Positions 8,138 to 18,979 of a DNA stretch of 64,000 nucleotides are shown piece after piece (positions within the stretch are counted from its first letter, which is position 1; each line of letters begins with the position of its first letter). Below the pieces are notes generated by a model that saw only the letters and a program-made list of their open reading frames with translations, did not search any database and was not told the DNA's origin. This DNA is from Bacteroidales bacterium (GTDB taxonomy: Bacteria > Bacteroidota > Bacteroidia > Bacteroidales > UBA7960): contig JAVIYP010000006.1 in the NCBI GenBank assembly GCA_031323845.1, positions 6,982 through 70,981 of the forward strand, read 5' to 3'. Position numbers and translations under genes: made by a program.

Positions 8138-9976
8138 TTAGTTGATGATATCGCCACGCAGCATCCTGAACCGGTTTCTGGCGGTAATGACATGCAGGCT
8201 GCCCGGATAGTCGATGAGCACTTGCTGATAGAGCGCCATTGCCTTGTCGGGTTTTTCAAAGTGGTGATGGTACATTTCCGCTCTTCTGAACAGTGCCTCA
8301 TCTGCGAGTATGCCATAAGGGTATCGTTCTACCAGCAGGGCGAGCAGGCTGTCGGCGGCGTTGTACTTGTTTTTCCGGACCATGATTTCGGCATGCGCCA
8401 GCAGCAGGTCGTCATTGATCTGGTGTGCCGGAAATCTTTGATGTATGCTGTCAAGCAAATGAGCAGCCTCATCCAAACGGTTCATAAAAACGAGCTGTTC
8501 TGCACGGGCGAACATCAGGAGGGGTTCGGTGTCGCCGTTAACACCCAGGTTATCCTGTATGCGCAAGGATAGCCGGATGGCGTCGTTGGCAATAAGTCTG
8601 GAGGTTCCGGCCTTCAGGATGTCGAGCTGGGCTTTTGCCCATTCGAATTCACCAATAAAATAAGACAGTCGCGCATTTTTGAATTTTGCTTCATGGGCGA
8701 GGGGGTCATCACGAAACATCCTGTCAACCTGTGAGTACAGCAGGGTGGCGTCCCAAACTTCACCGGTAAGCAGCAATATGTCGGCGAGTTCAACCCGGCA
8801 CTCTCCTCGTACGCGCTGCGAAACATTGGGCATGTCCAGGGTGTTCTCAAGCAGTGTTATGGCATCGTCTGTTTTTCCAAGATAAAATGCCTGCAGATGG
8901 GCCAGGTTCCTGATAAGCTGAACCGTTTTTGCCTGAATGCCAAGCTCTTCAATAGCCAGGATGTAGTCTTCTTCCAGCTTTCGAAGCTTAACGGGGTCAC
9001 CATCGGCAGAGAGAAAGCGGACATTCAGCAATCCCACCAGTGCCTCCATGTAAAACCTGCCTTCCGGCCCTGCTTCCATCAGATAGCCGTAGGCATCGGC
9101 AGCAACGTCATAATACCGGTTCGAAACAGCCAGCTGAGCCACTTCCAGCACCGGTCTGCCTTCCTGCTGGAGGCGACGGTCAAGTGCGCGCGCCTGCATA
9201 AAAGCAATGCGAAAGTCCTGCTGCTGAATTGACAGCCAAAGCAGTAATTCGGCGTACATGATGTTTCCGGGTTCATTTTGTGTGCGAAGCAGCAGTTCGC
9301 GCCGGAGGGCGTTGTTGCGGTCGAATCCGGGATCATTGCTTATGGCATCCTGCAAGATGCCGCGCACACGATCGGCCTCCTGCCGGTGTGCGTTAAGGTA
9401 ATCGAGATATTCCGACATCATCGCAGGGTAGTCCCTTAGTTTCTCATGCAGTTCCGCAATGCGCAGATGAAAGGGGTGTTTGTCGCCCAGCAATTCCCGG
9501 CCACGCAGATAGGTCTGCAGGGCCCTGTCCAGAAATCCCCTGGCCTCAAAAGCGAGGGCAAGGTCCCTGACTTGCCTTTGATCAGCTCTCAAACCGCTGA
9601 TCAACGACTCCATGTGTCTTTGCTCCCTGCGGATGTTCCCCGACCTGGAGTAAATCATCCCCAAATCAACCCGGAAACGGATCTCTCCTGGGTGCTTGTC
9701 TATCTGATCGTGCACCAGGCGTTCGGCCCTGCGGAACTGATCGAGCTGAAGTAGGCTTTCAAGATAATTATTATAGATGACAGGAGACTGGTTGGTTTCA
9801 AAGATTTCCTGATAGAGCGCCAGTGCCCTTTCATAATCACCCTCCCTGAAGTATTGTGCAGCTAATAGTTCGTCCGGGTTGTTAGCCATGCCCCTGTAAG
9901 GCACAAGCGATGATGCCACAACCAATAACGCAATGATAAGCGACGTCATAACAGAACTAGTTCCGGGTCGATTCAT
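8138..9976 (-). CDS. Exported tetratricopeptide-repeat protein
   Basis: Signal-like N-terminus and repeated TPR-like helices ending in YP(G/Y)S motifs. Confidence 0.8.
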   Translation of the reverse strand: MNRPGTSSVMTSLIIALLVVASSLVPYRGMANNPDELLAAQYFREGDYERALALYQEIFETNQSPVIYNNYLESLLQLDQFRRAERLVHDQIDKHPGEIRFRVDLGMIYSRSGNIRREQRHMESLISGLRADQRQVRDLALAFEARGFLDRALQTYLRGRELLGDKHPFHLRIAELHEKLRDYPAMMSEYLDYLNAHRQEADRVRGILQDAISNDPGFDRNNALRRELLLRTQNEPGNIMYAELLLWLSIQQQDFRIAFMQARALDRRLQQEGRPVLEVAQLAVSNRYYDVAADAYGYLMEAGPEGRFYMEALVGLLNVRFLSADGDPVKLRKLEEDYILAIEELGIQAKTVQLIRNLAHLQAFYLGKTDDAITLLENTLDMPNVSQRVRGECRVELADILLLTGEVWDATLLYSQVDRMFRDDPLAHEAKFKNARLSYFIGEFEWAKAQLDILKAGTSRLIANDAIRLSLRIQDNLGVNGDTEPLLMFARAEQLVFMNRLDEAAHLLDSIHQRFPAHQINDDLLLAHAEIMVRKNKYNAADSLLALLVERYPYGILADEALFRRAEMYHHHFEKPDKAMALYQQVLIDYPGSLHVITARNRFRMLRGDIIN

Positions 9977-10107
9977 CCTATTTTATTTATAGCGTCCAAC
10001 AAAAAACCTTCACCCAGTATTGAACGACTGAACCTCTGGTTTTGTTTTGTGGTGCAAGCGTTAACGGCCTTGTGCCGGTCATGCCACACATGGAGGCCGG
10101 CAGGTAT

Positions 10108-11379
10108 TTACCGGATATGTTCGAACCCCGTATAGGCATGCAATACGGCCGGTATGGCAATGCTGTCTTCAGCCTGGTTGTTCTCCAGCAAAGCGGCCAG
10201 TATACGGGGCAATGCCAGGGCGCTGCCGTTGAGCGTATGCGCCGGCATGTTTTTTCCGGAGGCATTGCGGTACCTCAGTTTGAGCCGGTTGGACTGGAAG
10301 CTTTCAAAATTGGATATGGAGCTCACTTCGAGCCAGCGCTGCTGGGCTGCCGACCACACCTCCATGTCATAGGTCAGCGCTGCAGCAAATCCAAGATCTC
10401 CGCCGCACAGGCGCGACACCCTGAAAGGCAATTCCAGTTTGCGCAGGACACCCGTAACGTGTTCCACCATTTCATCAAGGGCGTCATAGCTTTTTTCCGG
10501 AGTCGTCACCTGCACAATTTCAACTTTGTCGAACTGGTGCAGGCGGTTAAGGCCGCGGACATCTTTTCCGTAAGAACCGGCTTCCCGCCTGAAGCATGCC
10601 GAATATGCCGTGCATTTTACCGGAAGGTCACTCTCCTGGAGGATGCTGTTTCTGAAGAGATTGGTAACCGGAACTTCGGAGGTGGGTATTAGATACAGGT
10701 CATCTGCCGGTATGTGATACATCTGTCCGTCTTTATCGGGCAGCTGGCCGGTGGCAAATGCCGAATCGGGATTTACAAGGAGTGGCGGCTGTATTTCAGT
10801 GTATCCGGCTGCGATGGCCTCATCAAGAAAAAAAGCGATCAAGGCCCTTTGCAGCCGTGCACCCTGCCCTTTATATACGGGGAAGCCGGAGCCGGTAATT
10901 TTGGTGCCGGACTCGAAGTCGATGATGTCGAACTTTTTAGCCAGATCCCAGTGCGGCAATGCTGCAGCCTCCGGGGTGAAGGCATCACCTTCTGACATAA
11001 TCACTTCGTTATCAGCTTCGGATGTACCCGCCGGCACTGAGGGATGAGGAAGGTTCGGCACCCTTACAAGTAAGTCGTGAAATTCGGCATTAAGTGCATC
11101 GAGCTTTTCCTGCAGGTCTTTTGACTGCTGCTTTACAGCGGCTGATTGATCCTTCAGCACGGCGGCCTCTTCCTTTTTGCCGTTCTTAAAAAGCTCACCG
11201 ATCTGCCTGGCCAGCGCATTACTTTCCGCCAGTGTATCATCAAGCTGTTTCTGTGTTTGCCTTCGCAAGGCATCAACATCACGGATGCGGGTAACAAGCT
11301 CTCCGGCATCCATATTTCTTATCTTTAACCGTTTGACTACCTCCAGGCTGTCATCACGAATTAACTGAACATCAATCAT
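10108..11379 (-). CDS. serS: Serine--tRNA ligase
   Basis: N-terminal coiled coil, LIPTSEVP, FRREAGSYG..RGLNRLHQFDKVE and HTLNGS. Likely start MIDVQ at 11379. Confidence 0.98.
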   Translation of the reverse strand: MIDVQLIRDDSLEVVKRLKIRNMDAGELVTRIRDVDALRRQTQKQLDDTLAESNALARQIGELFKNGKKEEAAVLKDQSAAVKQQSKDLQEKLDALNAEFHDLLVRVPNLPHPSVPAGTSEADNEVIMSEGDAFTPEAAALPHWDLAKKFDIIDFESGTKITGSGFPVYKGQGARLQRALIAFFLDEAIAAGYTEIQPPLLVNPDSAFATGQLPDKDGQMYHIPADDLYLIPTSEVPVTNLFRNSILQESDLPVKCTAYSACFRREAGSYGKDVRGLNRLHQFDKVEIVQVTTPEKSYDALDEMVEHVTGVLRKLELPFRVSRLCGGDLGFAAALTYDMEVWSAAQQRWLEVSSISNFESFQSNRLKLRYRNASGKNMPAHTLNGSALALPRILAALLENNQAEDSIAIPAVLHAYTGFEHIR

Positions 11380-11405
11380 AAAAATCAAAAGGTATTGATA
11401 TAAAC

Positions 11406-11430
11406 AAAAAAATCCTGCCGAAGCAGGATT
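11406..11430 (-). terminator. Intrinsic terminator after rplU-rpmA
   Basis: On the minus strand: AATCCTGC-TTCG-GCAGGATT followed by a T run. Confidence 0.85.
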
Positions 11431-11476
11431 CCGAATATTTTGGTTGGCTCCGGTGATGGGCCGCGTAAACAGTGGC

Positions 11477-11878
11477 TTATTCTGCAGCTTCTTTTTCCGG
11501 CGAAGGTTCTGTCACTGTTTCAGCAACAACCGTCTCACCGGCATCGTCACTTACAGGTGCTTCCTTTTTCGGAGCTGCTTTCGGCGTTTTTTTATTTTCA
11601 GCGATAACCGCTTCCGGTTCTTCCTGCATGGGCTCAATGGAGACATAGGATTTGTTGCCCAGTCTTTTTCTGAACACCACTTTACCGTCGCAAAGGGCAT
11701 ACAGGGTGTGGTCTTTCCCCATGCCGACGTTTACACCCGGGAAGTGCTGTGTGCCTCGCTGCCTTACAAGAATGTTTCCGGCAACAGCCATAGAGCCGCC
11801 AAAAATCTTGACGCCCAAACGTTTACTGTGTGACTCGCGTCCGTTACGTGAACTACCAACTCCTTTCTTGTGTGCCAT
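11477..11878 (-). CDS. rpmA: 50S ribosomal protein L27 with a C-terminal extension
   Basis: [23 protein letters not shown] and RQRGT, followed by an extra ~48-aa E/A/P/K-rich tail. Confidence 0.97.
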   Translation of the reverse strand: MAHKKGVGSSRNGRESHSKRLGVKIFGGSMAVAGNILVRQRGTQHFPGVNVGMGKDHTLYALCDGKVVFRKRLGNKSYVSIEPMQEEPEAVIAENKKTPKAAPKKEAPVSDDAGETVVAETVTEPSPEKEAAE

Positions 11879-11908
11879 ATTCTTTCTTTTTTGCTGTTAT
11901 AAACTCTC

Positions 11909-12220
11909 TTATGCAGATATTTCTTCAATCTGTATCTGTGTCATTGGTTGACGGTGGCCATTCTTTTTCTGATAGCCTTTCCTTCTTTTCTTTTTGAAAA
12001 CGATGATCTTATCGGCTTTCACATGTTCCAGCACCCTTGCTTTAACTTTCGCTCCATCTATCAGGGGTGCGCCAACCTGAATGTTGTCATCATCAGCAAC
12101 CAGTAACACCTTGTCAAATTCAATATCGCTGCCGGCTTCATTCTGAAGGCGACTCACAAAAAGCTTCTGATCCTTTTGAATCTTAAACTGATGACCGGCT
12201 ATTTCAACGATTGCGTACAT
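11909..12220 (-). CDS. rplU: 50S ribosomal protein L21
   Basis: [12 protein letters not shown] and [15 protein letters not shown]. Confidence 0.98.
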   Translation of the reverse strand: MYAIVEIAGHQFKIQKDQKLFVSRLQNEAGSDIEFDKVLLVADDDNIQVGAPLIDGAKVKARVLEHVKADKIIVFKKKRRKGYQKKNGHRQPMTQIQIEEISA

Positions 12221-12344
12221 CTCTATAGGATATTAAATGGGTTACTCAATTATTGGGGTGCAAAGATAAACAAAATAAATGAAGCTACAAGCATCGTCTG
12301 TTTTTTTTCTTTGGGATCAAACAATCAGCATCATGCCGCAGGGT

Positions 12345-13271
12345 TCAGGTACTCCGTGCGGATTTCCCAAACCAGCGCACAGGGTTGTGCTTTTTCCTGT
12401 TGGCAAGAAAAACGCCAATAAGTATCAGCAGTATCCAGAATAGATATCCAAATAAAAAGCGCTCACCATCCACAAGGCCCCATGCAAGGGAAACCATGGG
12501 CATCATATACGTTACCGTTGAGGTGAACAGCGCCGTAGTTTGCCTGATGAGCCAGTTGTGTATCACCATAGCCATTGCTGTGCCAAGCACTGCAAGAACA
12601 GAGATATAACCCAGGCTTTTCCACGCCCCGGGCTCATCAGCCAGCGTGGCGACAACGTTTGTTCCGGCAAAAAGATAAATCAAAGCGGGGATTCCTATAA
12701 AGAAAAAAGCCACGGAGGCAATGGTCAAAGCATTGAACTCTGACAAAAAATGCTTGATAATATTCATGTTAAGGGCATAGCACAGGGCTGCCAGCACGAC
12801 ATACAAACCATACCAGGCGTTGTTGATCTGGGTTCCGTTAGCTATGGTAAGCAGCCCGACTGCACCGCCGAAACCAATAAGAACGCCCAGCACGTTGTAC
12901 CAGCGTGTTTTTATTCCAAACAGCAACACCCCCACAAGCAGGGTAAATAATGGTGTAAGTGAGTTCAGCACCCCGGCCATATAACTGTCAATGACCGTTT
13001 GTGCCCGGGCAAAAAGGAAGGGAGGCAGGCCGTTGCCGATTATGCCGGCCATCAGAAAATATTTGAGCTTTCTCCAGGGGACTTTTCTGATATGCTTCCA
13101 GACCAGTGGTGAAAGCACTACGAAAGAAATGGCGATGCGCAGTGCTCCGACTTCATTTGCGCTGAAGCTCAGCAAGCCCCATTTTATCAGGATGAAGGAG
13201 CTGCCCCACACCAGCACCAGCAGCAGCAAGGCCATCCAGTGCACGAATCCGGGATGTTGGTCTGTTGTCAT
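12345..13271 (-). CDS. EamA/DMT family transporter
   Basis: About 10 TM helices; LVWGSSF motif and two EamA repeats. Confidence 0.9.
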   Translation of the reverse strand: MTTDQHPGFVHWMALLLLVLVWGSSFILIKWGLLSFSANEVGALRIAISFVVLSPLVWKHIRKVPWRKLKYFLMAGIIGNGLPPFLFARAQTVIDSYMAGVLNSLTPLFTLLVGVLLFGIKTRWYNVLGVLIGFGGAVGLLTIANGTQINNAWYGLYVVLAALCYALNMNIIKHFLSEFNALTIASVAFFFIGIPALIYLFAGTNVVATLADEPGAWKSLGYISVLAVLGTAMAMVIHNWLIRQTTALFTSTVTYMMPMVSLAWGLVDGERFLFGYLFWILLILIGVFLANRKKHNPVRWFGKSARST

Positions 13272-13324
13272 TGTCCGGAGGTTACATTCTCATGATCCGG
13301 CGGCAAAGATAGGTATAATGTTCA

Positions 13325-15421
13325 TCAATAAGCGAGCAGGGTTTGCAGGGCTGCAGACACTTTTTCAGGACTTGGCAGCACGGCCGCTTCAAGATTTGTG
13401 TTCAGCGGAACGGCCGGTGTATCAACGGAGCCTACAACAGCCACGGGTGCGTCCAGGTGTTGAAAGCAGTCGCGCTGAATGCGCCCTGCCAGGCCCAGTG
13501 TAAAGGAGGCTTCTACCGATTCTTCTGTCACCAGCATGACTTTGTTGTGGCGCTTCACGGCATCATAAATGTACTCGAGGTCAAGAGGGTTCAGTGAGCG
13601 CAGGTCAAGTATCTCTATGCGTCCAGGAAAGTTTTTTGCCGCTGCAAGGCTCCAGTAAACACCCATGCCGTAGGTAACAATAACAGCACTGTTTCCGGCT
13701 TCCACCTGGCCTGAGTCTGCCGAGATCACCGTACGCGCTTTTCCGATAGGCACTATGTAGTCTTCATCCGGCTCAACCGTTTTAGCCCCCTGGGTGCCCG
13801 GTAGACGCGACCAGTAAAGGCCTTTGTGTTCAAGTATCACCACAGGGTTCGGATCATAAAATGCGGCTTTGAGCAATCCTTTTAGATCTGCACCGGTTGA
13901 CGGGTAAACGACCTTGATGCCACGGATGTTTGTCAGCACCGACTCCACGCTGGAACTGTGGTATGGCCCGCCTGAACCAAAAGCGCCGGTCGGCACCCGG
14001 ATGACGGAACTGACAGGGTACCGGCCTTTAGACAAGTAACAACTCCGGCTTAGCTCCGAAAAGAGCTGATTGAGACCGGGCCAAATATAATCGGCAAACT
14101 GTACTTCAACAATCGGTTTCAGGCCAACAGCAGACATCCCCAGCGTGCTTCCTATGATGAACGCCTCCTGGATGGGCGTGTTAAAAACACGGTTATCGCC
14201 AAATTGCTGAGCCAGGGTAGCCGCTTCCCTGAAGACGCCACCCAGCCGCCTGCCCACATCCTGCCCGTAAAGCAACGCTTCGGGATGTTTCGACATAAGC
14301 TCACGCAATGCAAAAAGCGCACTGTCAATCATTACCGTCTTTTGCCGCCCTTTGGGTTCACGCACACCGAGCTCCTTTGTTACAGGTGTAGGAGCAAAAA
14401 CCAGCGTTCCAACATCATCCGTATCCGGTTCATCAGCAGCCTTCGCCTCCTCAAAGGCCACATCAATAAGTTCCCTGACCTCCTGTTCCTTCTGCTGTAT
14501 CTGAGATTCACTGAATCCGGCATCCAGCAATGCCTTAATGATCTTTGGATAAGGATCGCGCAAGGCATGCTCCTCAAGATCATCCCTGTACCACTCCTTT
14601 CTTACCCCTGACGTATGATGTCCCAGCAAGGGCACCCTGGCATGCACCAGGAATGGCCGACGTTCCTTTCTGACCAGGCCAATCACTTCTTTCATACAGG
14701 CAAAGGATTCCACAAAATCAGCACCATCAACGGTTCTGACTTCTAAACCCTTAAAACCCCTTGCATAATAGGAGATATCCTGTGCCCTGGTTTCAGAGGC
14801 ATGCGCGCTGATGTCCCATTCATTGTCCTGCACCAGGTAAATGACGGGCAGTTGTTTGAGGGCAGCCATTTGGAACGCCTCCGACACCTCACCCTCGGTG
14901 GTTGCAGCATCACCCATGGAACAGACAACAACAGGCTTTTCTCCCTGGTGGTCTTTGTCGAGCCCTTCTTTCTCCCTGTATTGTATTCCCATCGCCGTAC
15001 CGGTTGACGGGATAGCCTGCATACCTGTAGCCGAAGACTGATGATGAATCCTGGGCATATCCTCCCGGTTCAGGCTGGGATGCGAATAGTAAAACCGGCC
15101 TCCCGAGAACGGTTCGTCTTTCTTCGCCAGAAGGGTCAGCATCAGGTCTTTGGGCTTTAGGCCTATACCAAGCAACATGCTGTCGTCGCGGTAATAGGGC
15201 GACAACCAGTCCTGTGGTTTGAGCTGCAGGGCAACGGCCAGCTGAATGGCTTCGTGACCACGTGAAGTAGAATGCACATATTTTCCGGTAACTGCTTTTT
15301 GCTCTTCATACTTTTCCGACATGGTCCTGGCAGTGCACATCAATTCAAAAGCCCTGAAAAGAAGTTCAACTGGAAGTTGACTGCCGGCCAAAGACTTGTT
15401 TAATGGCTTGTTCTTCTTCAT
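13325..15421 (-). CDS. 2-oxoacid (probably branched-chain) dehydrogenase E1, fused alpha/beta
   Basis: TPP motif GDAAT.EG...N, then YGQDVG..GGVFR, FNTPI.E and EVQFADY. Likely start MKKNK at 15421. Confidence 0.9.
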   Translation of the reverse strand: MKKNKPLNKSLAGSQLPVELLFRAFELMCTARTMSEKYEEQKAVTGKYVHSTSRGHEAIQLAVALQLKPQDWLSPYYRDDSMLLGIGLKPKDLMLTLLAKKDEPFSGGRFYYSHPSLNREDMPRIHHQSSATGMQAIPSTGTAMGIQYREKEGLDKDHQGEKPVVVCSMGDAATTEGEVSEAFQMAALKQLPVIYLVQDNEWDISAHASETRAQDISYYARGFKGLEVRTVDGADFVESFACMKEVIGLVRKERRPFLVHARVPLLGHHTSGVRKEWYRDDLEEHALRDPYPKIIKALLDAGFSESQIQQKEQEVRELIDVAFEEAKAADEPDTDDVGTLVFAPTPVTKELGVREPKGRQKTVMIDSALFALRELMSKHPEALLYGQDVGRRLGGVFREAATLAQQFGDNRVFNTPIQEAFIIGSTLGMSAVGLKPIVEVQFADYIWPGLNQLFSELSRSCYLSKGRYPVSSVIRVPTGAFGSGGPYHSSSVESVLTNIRGIKVVYPSTGADLKGLLKAAFYDPNPVVILEHKGLYWSRLPGTQGAKTVEPDEDYIVPIGKARTVISADSGQVEAGNSAVIVTYGMGVYWSLAAAKNFPGRIEILDLRSLNPLDLEYIYDAVKRHNKVMLVTEESVEASFTLGLAGRIQRDCFQHLDAPVAVVGSVDTPAVPLNTNLEAAVLPSPEKVSAALQTLLAY

Positions 15422-15758
15422 TTCAAACAGTGACAAAAGGAGGTTTTTTATGAAACACAACCGCACAGCTCTTTGTTCACACCATAAACCACCGAAGCGT
15501 TTCCGTTTCGCTTTTCCTCCTGAAAAGGGGTGTTCTTTTGTAAGAAATAACCCCTGTTTTTTATACCGCAGTACGCTGTTATTTAAGCAACTGATAATTA
15601 AACTACAGGATTTTAGTGCTCGTTAATTAGGGAGCTGCAACAAATAAAGCACACAGCTCAAGCTTGCCCGGACGTAATGCGCCTCGTGAGTTTAGCCGGG
15701 GACCACATGCTCCGTGTCACGGAAAAAAACTATATTTGCTGATACGCAACACACCATC

Positions 15759-16286
15759 ATGACTACACCGAAATCACATGCACGTTTTGAGGCTGTTCGC
15801 GGCAACATTGCGGATCAATCCGGCATTGGTGCCATCGTGAATGCAGCCAATGCGCAGTTGCGCACCGGCGGTGGTGTTGCCGGTGCCATTCACAGGGCTG
15901 CCGGTCCGGGGCTGGAACAAGAGTGTCTTCCACGGGCACCCATAAAGCCGGGTCAGGCGGTGATAACAAGCGCACACAACCTGCCCAACGACTATGTGAT
16001 CCACTGCCTGGGGCCGGTTTATGGGCGCGACAAGCCTGAAGACAAGCTGCTTGCCGATTGCTATCGCAATGCCCTATTGCTTGCCGACCAGCACAGGATC
16101 AAGTCGGTTGCCTTTCCGGCCATTTCGACCGGCATCTTCGGTTACCCCCTGAATGAAGCCGCCAAAGTTGCCGTAAGGACCGTCCACCAAACCATGCCAC
16201 ACCTCAAACATGTGGAAATGATCCGGATGGTCTTGTTCAGCGAAGATGACCTGCACGTTTTTATGAGCATTATGGAGCGTCAGTAG
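15759..16286 (+). CDS. Macro domain protein (ADP-ribose binding/hydrolase)
   Basis: Motifs AIVNAAN..L..GGGVAGAIH and AFPAISTGIFGYP. A TATATTTG promoter element at 15731 supports the start at 15759. Confidence 0.93.
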   Translation: MTTPKSHARFEAVRGNIADQSGIGAIVNAANAQLRTGGGVAGAIHRAAGPGLEQECLPRAPIKPGQAVITSAHNLPNDYVIHCLGPVYGRDKPEDKLLADCYRNALLLADQHRIKSVAFPAISTGIFGYPLNEAAKVAVRTVHQTMPHLKHVEMIRMVLFSEDDLHVFMSIMERQ

Positions 16287-16337
16287 TAAATTCTGTGCAG
16301 ATAACTGAAGTAAAAAGCATTTTTACCTGTCTGACGT

Positions 16338-18692
16338 ATGAGTTTTGAAATCATTCTTGTTTTGGCCATTTTAGCGGGTGCACTGGTACTGTTCTTCACC
16401 GGCTGGATCAGGATGGATATTGTAGCTTTGCTGGTGATGGGTGCCCTGGCATTCAGCGGTCTTATCACACCCCAGGAGGCCTTGTCGGGCTTCAGCAATC
16501 AGGCTGTTGTTACGGTGTGGGCCATGTTTATCATAAGTGCCGCTTTGTATCAGACAGGTGTAGCCCGCATTATCGGGAAGCAAATGATACGGATTGCCGG
16601 CACCGGCGAAATCAGGCTGATCATCATGATTATGCTTGCCACCGGGGTGATGTCGGCTTTTATGAACAACATTGGTGTTGCCGCCCTGATGCTGCCCGTG
16701 GTTATGGATATAGCCAGGGCCAAAGGTGTCTCACCCTCCCGCCTGCTCATGCCCCTGGCTTTTGGTTCTTTGCTGGGCGGACTGACTACGCTGATCGGCA
16801 CCCCGCCAAACCTGCTGATCAGTTATGCCCTTGATGATGCCGGTTTAAGGCCTTTCGGTCTTTTTGATTATTCACCTGTAGGCTTCGGAGCTTTGTTCGC
16901 AGGTATCCTTTTTATGGTTCTTGTGGGAAGACACTTCCTCCCGAAACGGGATGCCTTGAGTGAGACGGGCAAACAGGAGGAAAAGCGCCTTTCTTCATCC
17001 TATGCCCTCCAGGAACGCACCTTCCTGCTTCATGTAAAACCTTCGAGCCGGCTGGCCGGGAAAACACTTGCAGAGAGCAGGCTTCGTGCAGGGCTCGGGC
17101 TAAACCTGCTCTCCATCATCAGAGGCGGTACAACCTTGCTTGACCCGGGTGCCGACACCACCATTCAAAGCAACGACAAACTGCACGTTCAGGGCCGGAA
17201 AGAAGCCATTCAAGCCATGCAGCACTGGAAAGTACTGCTCCCCGATCAAACCGGACTCGACAATCGAAAACTGCTCCAGCAAAAGCTGCACATCTTTGAA
17301 GCAAGGCTTGCCGAAAAATCGACGCTGGAGGGAAAGCGCCTGCAGGACACGGACTTCAGAAAACGCCTGGGAATTAATGTGCTGGCCGTAAAAAGAGCCG
17401 GCACCATTGAGCGCAACATGCTGCACGACCTCATCCTGCAACAGGATGACGCCATCTTAATGCAAGGGCCTGAGGAACGAATGGAGTTACTCAGAAAAGA
17501 AGGTATCATAGACCATATCCGTCCATTGGATACCGACGAGCTGATCTCAGCTTATCAGTTGCATGAAGTTCTTTTTATTATGGAAGTTACCGATGATGCT
17601 GCGCTTTTCGAACGGGCTGTGTCAGAAAGCCAGATCGGCAGCGCCTTCGGTCTGACTGTCCTGGGGACCTTCGGACAGCAGGATGAGTTGCAGCCTTACA
17701 TTCCGGGAACGGGTATCCGTGAAGGGGATCGTTTGCTGGTTAAAGGAAATATAGATGATCTGCCCCTTTTACAGGGATTAAAGGAACTGAACGTCCTGGA
17801 TGAAGAGGTGCCTGAAGTACAGAGTCTTGAGTCGGACGAGGTACAGATGGCAGAGGTGGTGCTTGCCCCACGCTCACTTCTTGCGGGCAAAACACTTCGC
17901 GAGATCAACTTCAGGCAGAAATACGGCCTCACTGTTCTGGCTATCTGGCGCGAAGGCAGGGCATACCGCACCAACCTCCACAACATGCCTCTCCGTTTCG
18001 GAGAAGCGTTGTTGCTATACGGAAAAAAAGAAAAACTCGAAATCATCGGCAGCGAGCCTGACTTCATTATGTTGACGGAAATGGCCAGCCGTCCGTTGCG
18101 GACAGGCAAAGCGCTAACTTCTGCCCTGGTGATGGCCGCTATCCTTATCCCCGTGCTGCTTGGGTTGGTACCGCTGGCCATAGCAGCCGTTATTGGTATT
18201 GCGCTCATGGTGCTTACGGGCTGCCTCCGTATGGAAGAAGCCTACAGAGCCATAGAGTGGCGGGCGGTCTTCCTGATTGCAGGCATGCTTCCTCTTGGCA
18301 TTGCCATGCAGGAAACAGGTGCTGCCGCCATGCTGGCTGAAGGTGTGGTTAACGTCTTCGGACGGTTCGGCCCTTGGGGCGTCATTGGAGGCTTGTATTT
18401 ACTAACCGCCATTTCAACCATTGCCATACATCCCGCTGCGCTCGTGGTGATCATGTCACCCATCGCACTGGAAGCGGCTGAAAGCTTCAGCATTTCACCT
18501 CATACCCTGATGATGGCTATAGCCATTGCCGCAGCCGCATGCTTCATGAGCCCGCTGTCGCACCCGGCCAACCTGCTTGTCATGGGCCCGGGCGGATACC
18601 GCTTCGTTGACTACATCAAAGTAGGCCTGCCGCTTACCCTGGTGGTGATGCTGGTAAGTATGCTGCTGCTCCCGATATTCTGGCCGCTGTAA
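16338..18692 (+). CDS. SLC13/DASS-like permease with TrkA-C (RCK_C) repeats
   Basis: SAFMNN and TLIGTPPN motifs, several SxLxGKxL TrkA-C repeats, and C-terminal GPGGYRFVDY. Confidence 0.9.
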   Translation: MSFEIILVLAILAGALVLFFTGWIRMDIVALLVMGALAFSGLITPQEALSGFSNQAVVTVWAMFIISAALYQTGVARIIGKQMIRIAGTGEIRLIIMIMLATGVMSAFMNNIGVAALMLPVVMDIARAKGVSPSRLLMPLAFGSLLGGLTTLIGTPPNLLISYALDDAGLRPFGLFDYSPVGFGALFAGILFMVLVGRHFLPKRDALSETGKQEEKRLSSSYALQERTFLLHVKPSSRLAGKTLAESRLRAGLGLNLLSIIRGGTTLLDPGADTTIQSNDKLHVQGRKEAIQAMQHWKVLLPDQTGLDNRKLLQQKLHIFEARLAEKSTLEGKRLQDTDFRKRLGINVLAVKRAGTIERNMLHDLILQQDDAILMQGPEERMELLRKEGIIDHIRPLDTDELISAYQLHEVLFIMEVTDDAALFERAVSESQIGSAFGLTVLGTFGQQDELQPYIPGTGIREGDRLLVKGNIDDLPLLQGLKELNVLDEEVPEVQSLESDEVQMAEVVLAPRSLLAGKTLREINFRQKYGLTVLAIWREGRAYRTNLHNMPLRFGEALLLYGKKEKLEIIGSEPDFIMLTEMASRPLRTGKALTSALVMAAILIPVLLGLVPLAIAAVIGIALMVLTGCLRMEEAYRAIEWRAVFLIAGMLPLGIAMQETGAAAMLAEGVVNVFGRFGPWGVIGGLYLLTAISTIAIHPAALVVIMSPIALEAAESFSISPHTLMMAIAIAAAACFMSPLSHPANLLVMGPGGYRFVDYIKVGLPLTLVVMLVSMLLLPIFWPL

Positions 18693-18979
18693 ACCATGGA
18701 CTGAGGTGATATGAGCAGGTGAATGCTGCTGACCGTTGTCCTGAGTGTACGGAAACGGATACCTGCAAAGCGCTGCCTTAACATAAAACTCTATCTGATA
18801 AACTGCTTTTCAAAAAAATGATTTAACTTGTGATAGCGATACATTCCTTTGAGACGTGAGAGATCCTTTATTCGGCTTTATTTAGTTCAGAATGAAAGAG
18901 GTTGTTTAAAAACCGTGTCGCTGCCCTTGAGAAAAAGCCTATGGCTTTACTGGTCAGTGATTACTAAATCATTCATCCC

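Noticed and set aside
15759-16286. Macrodomain as the antitoxin of a DarTG-like defence system
   Set aside because: There is no adjacent ADP-ribosyltransferase toxin, and it looks like a stand-alone YmdB-type protein.
18895-18912. AGAGGTTGTTTAAAAA as a possible IS end
   Set aside because: No matching partner repeat or transposase was found.
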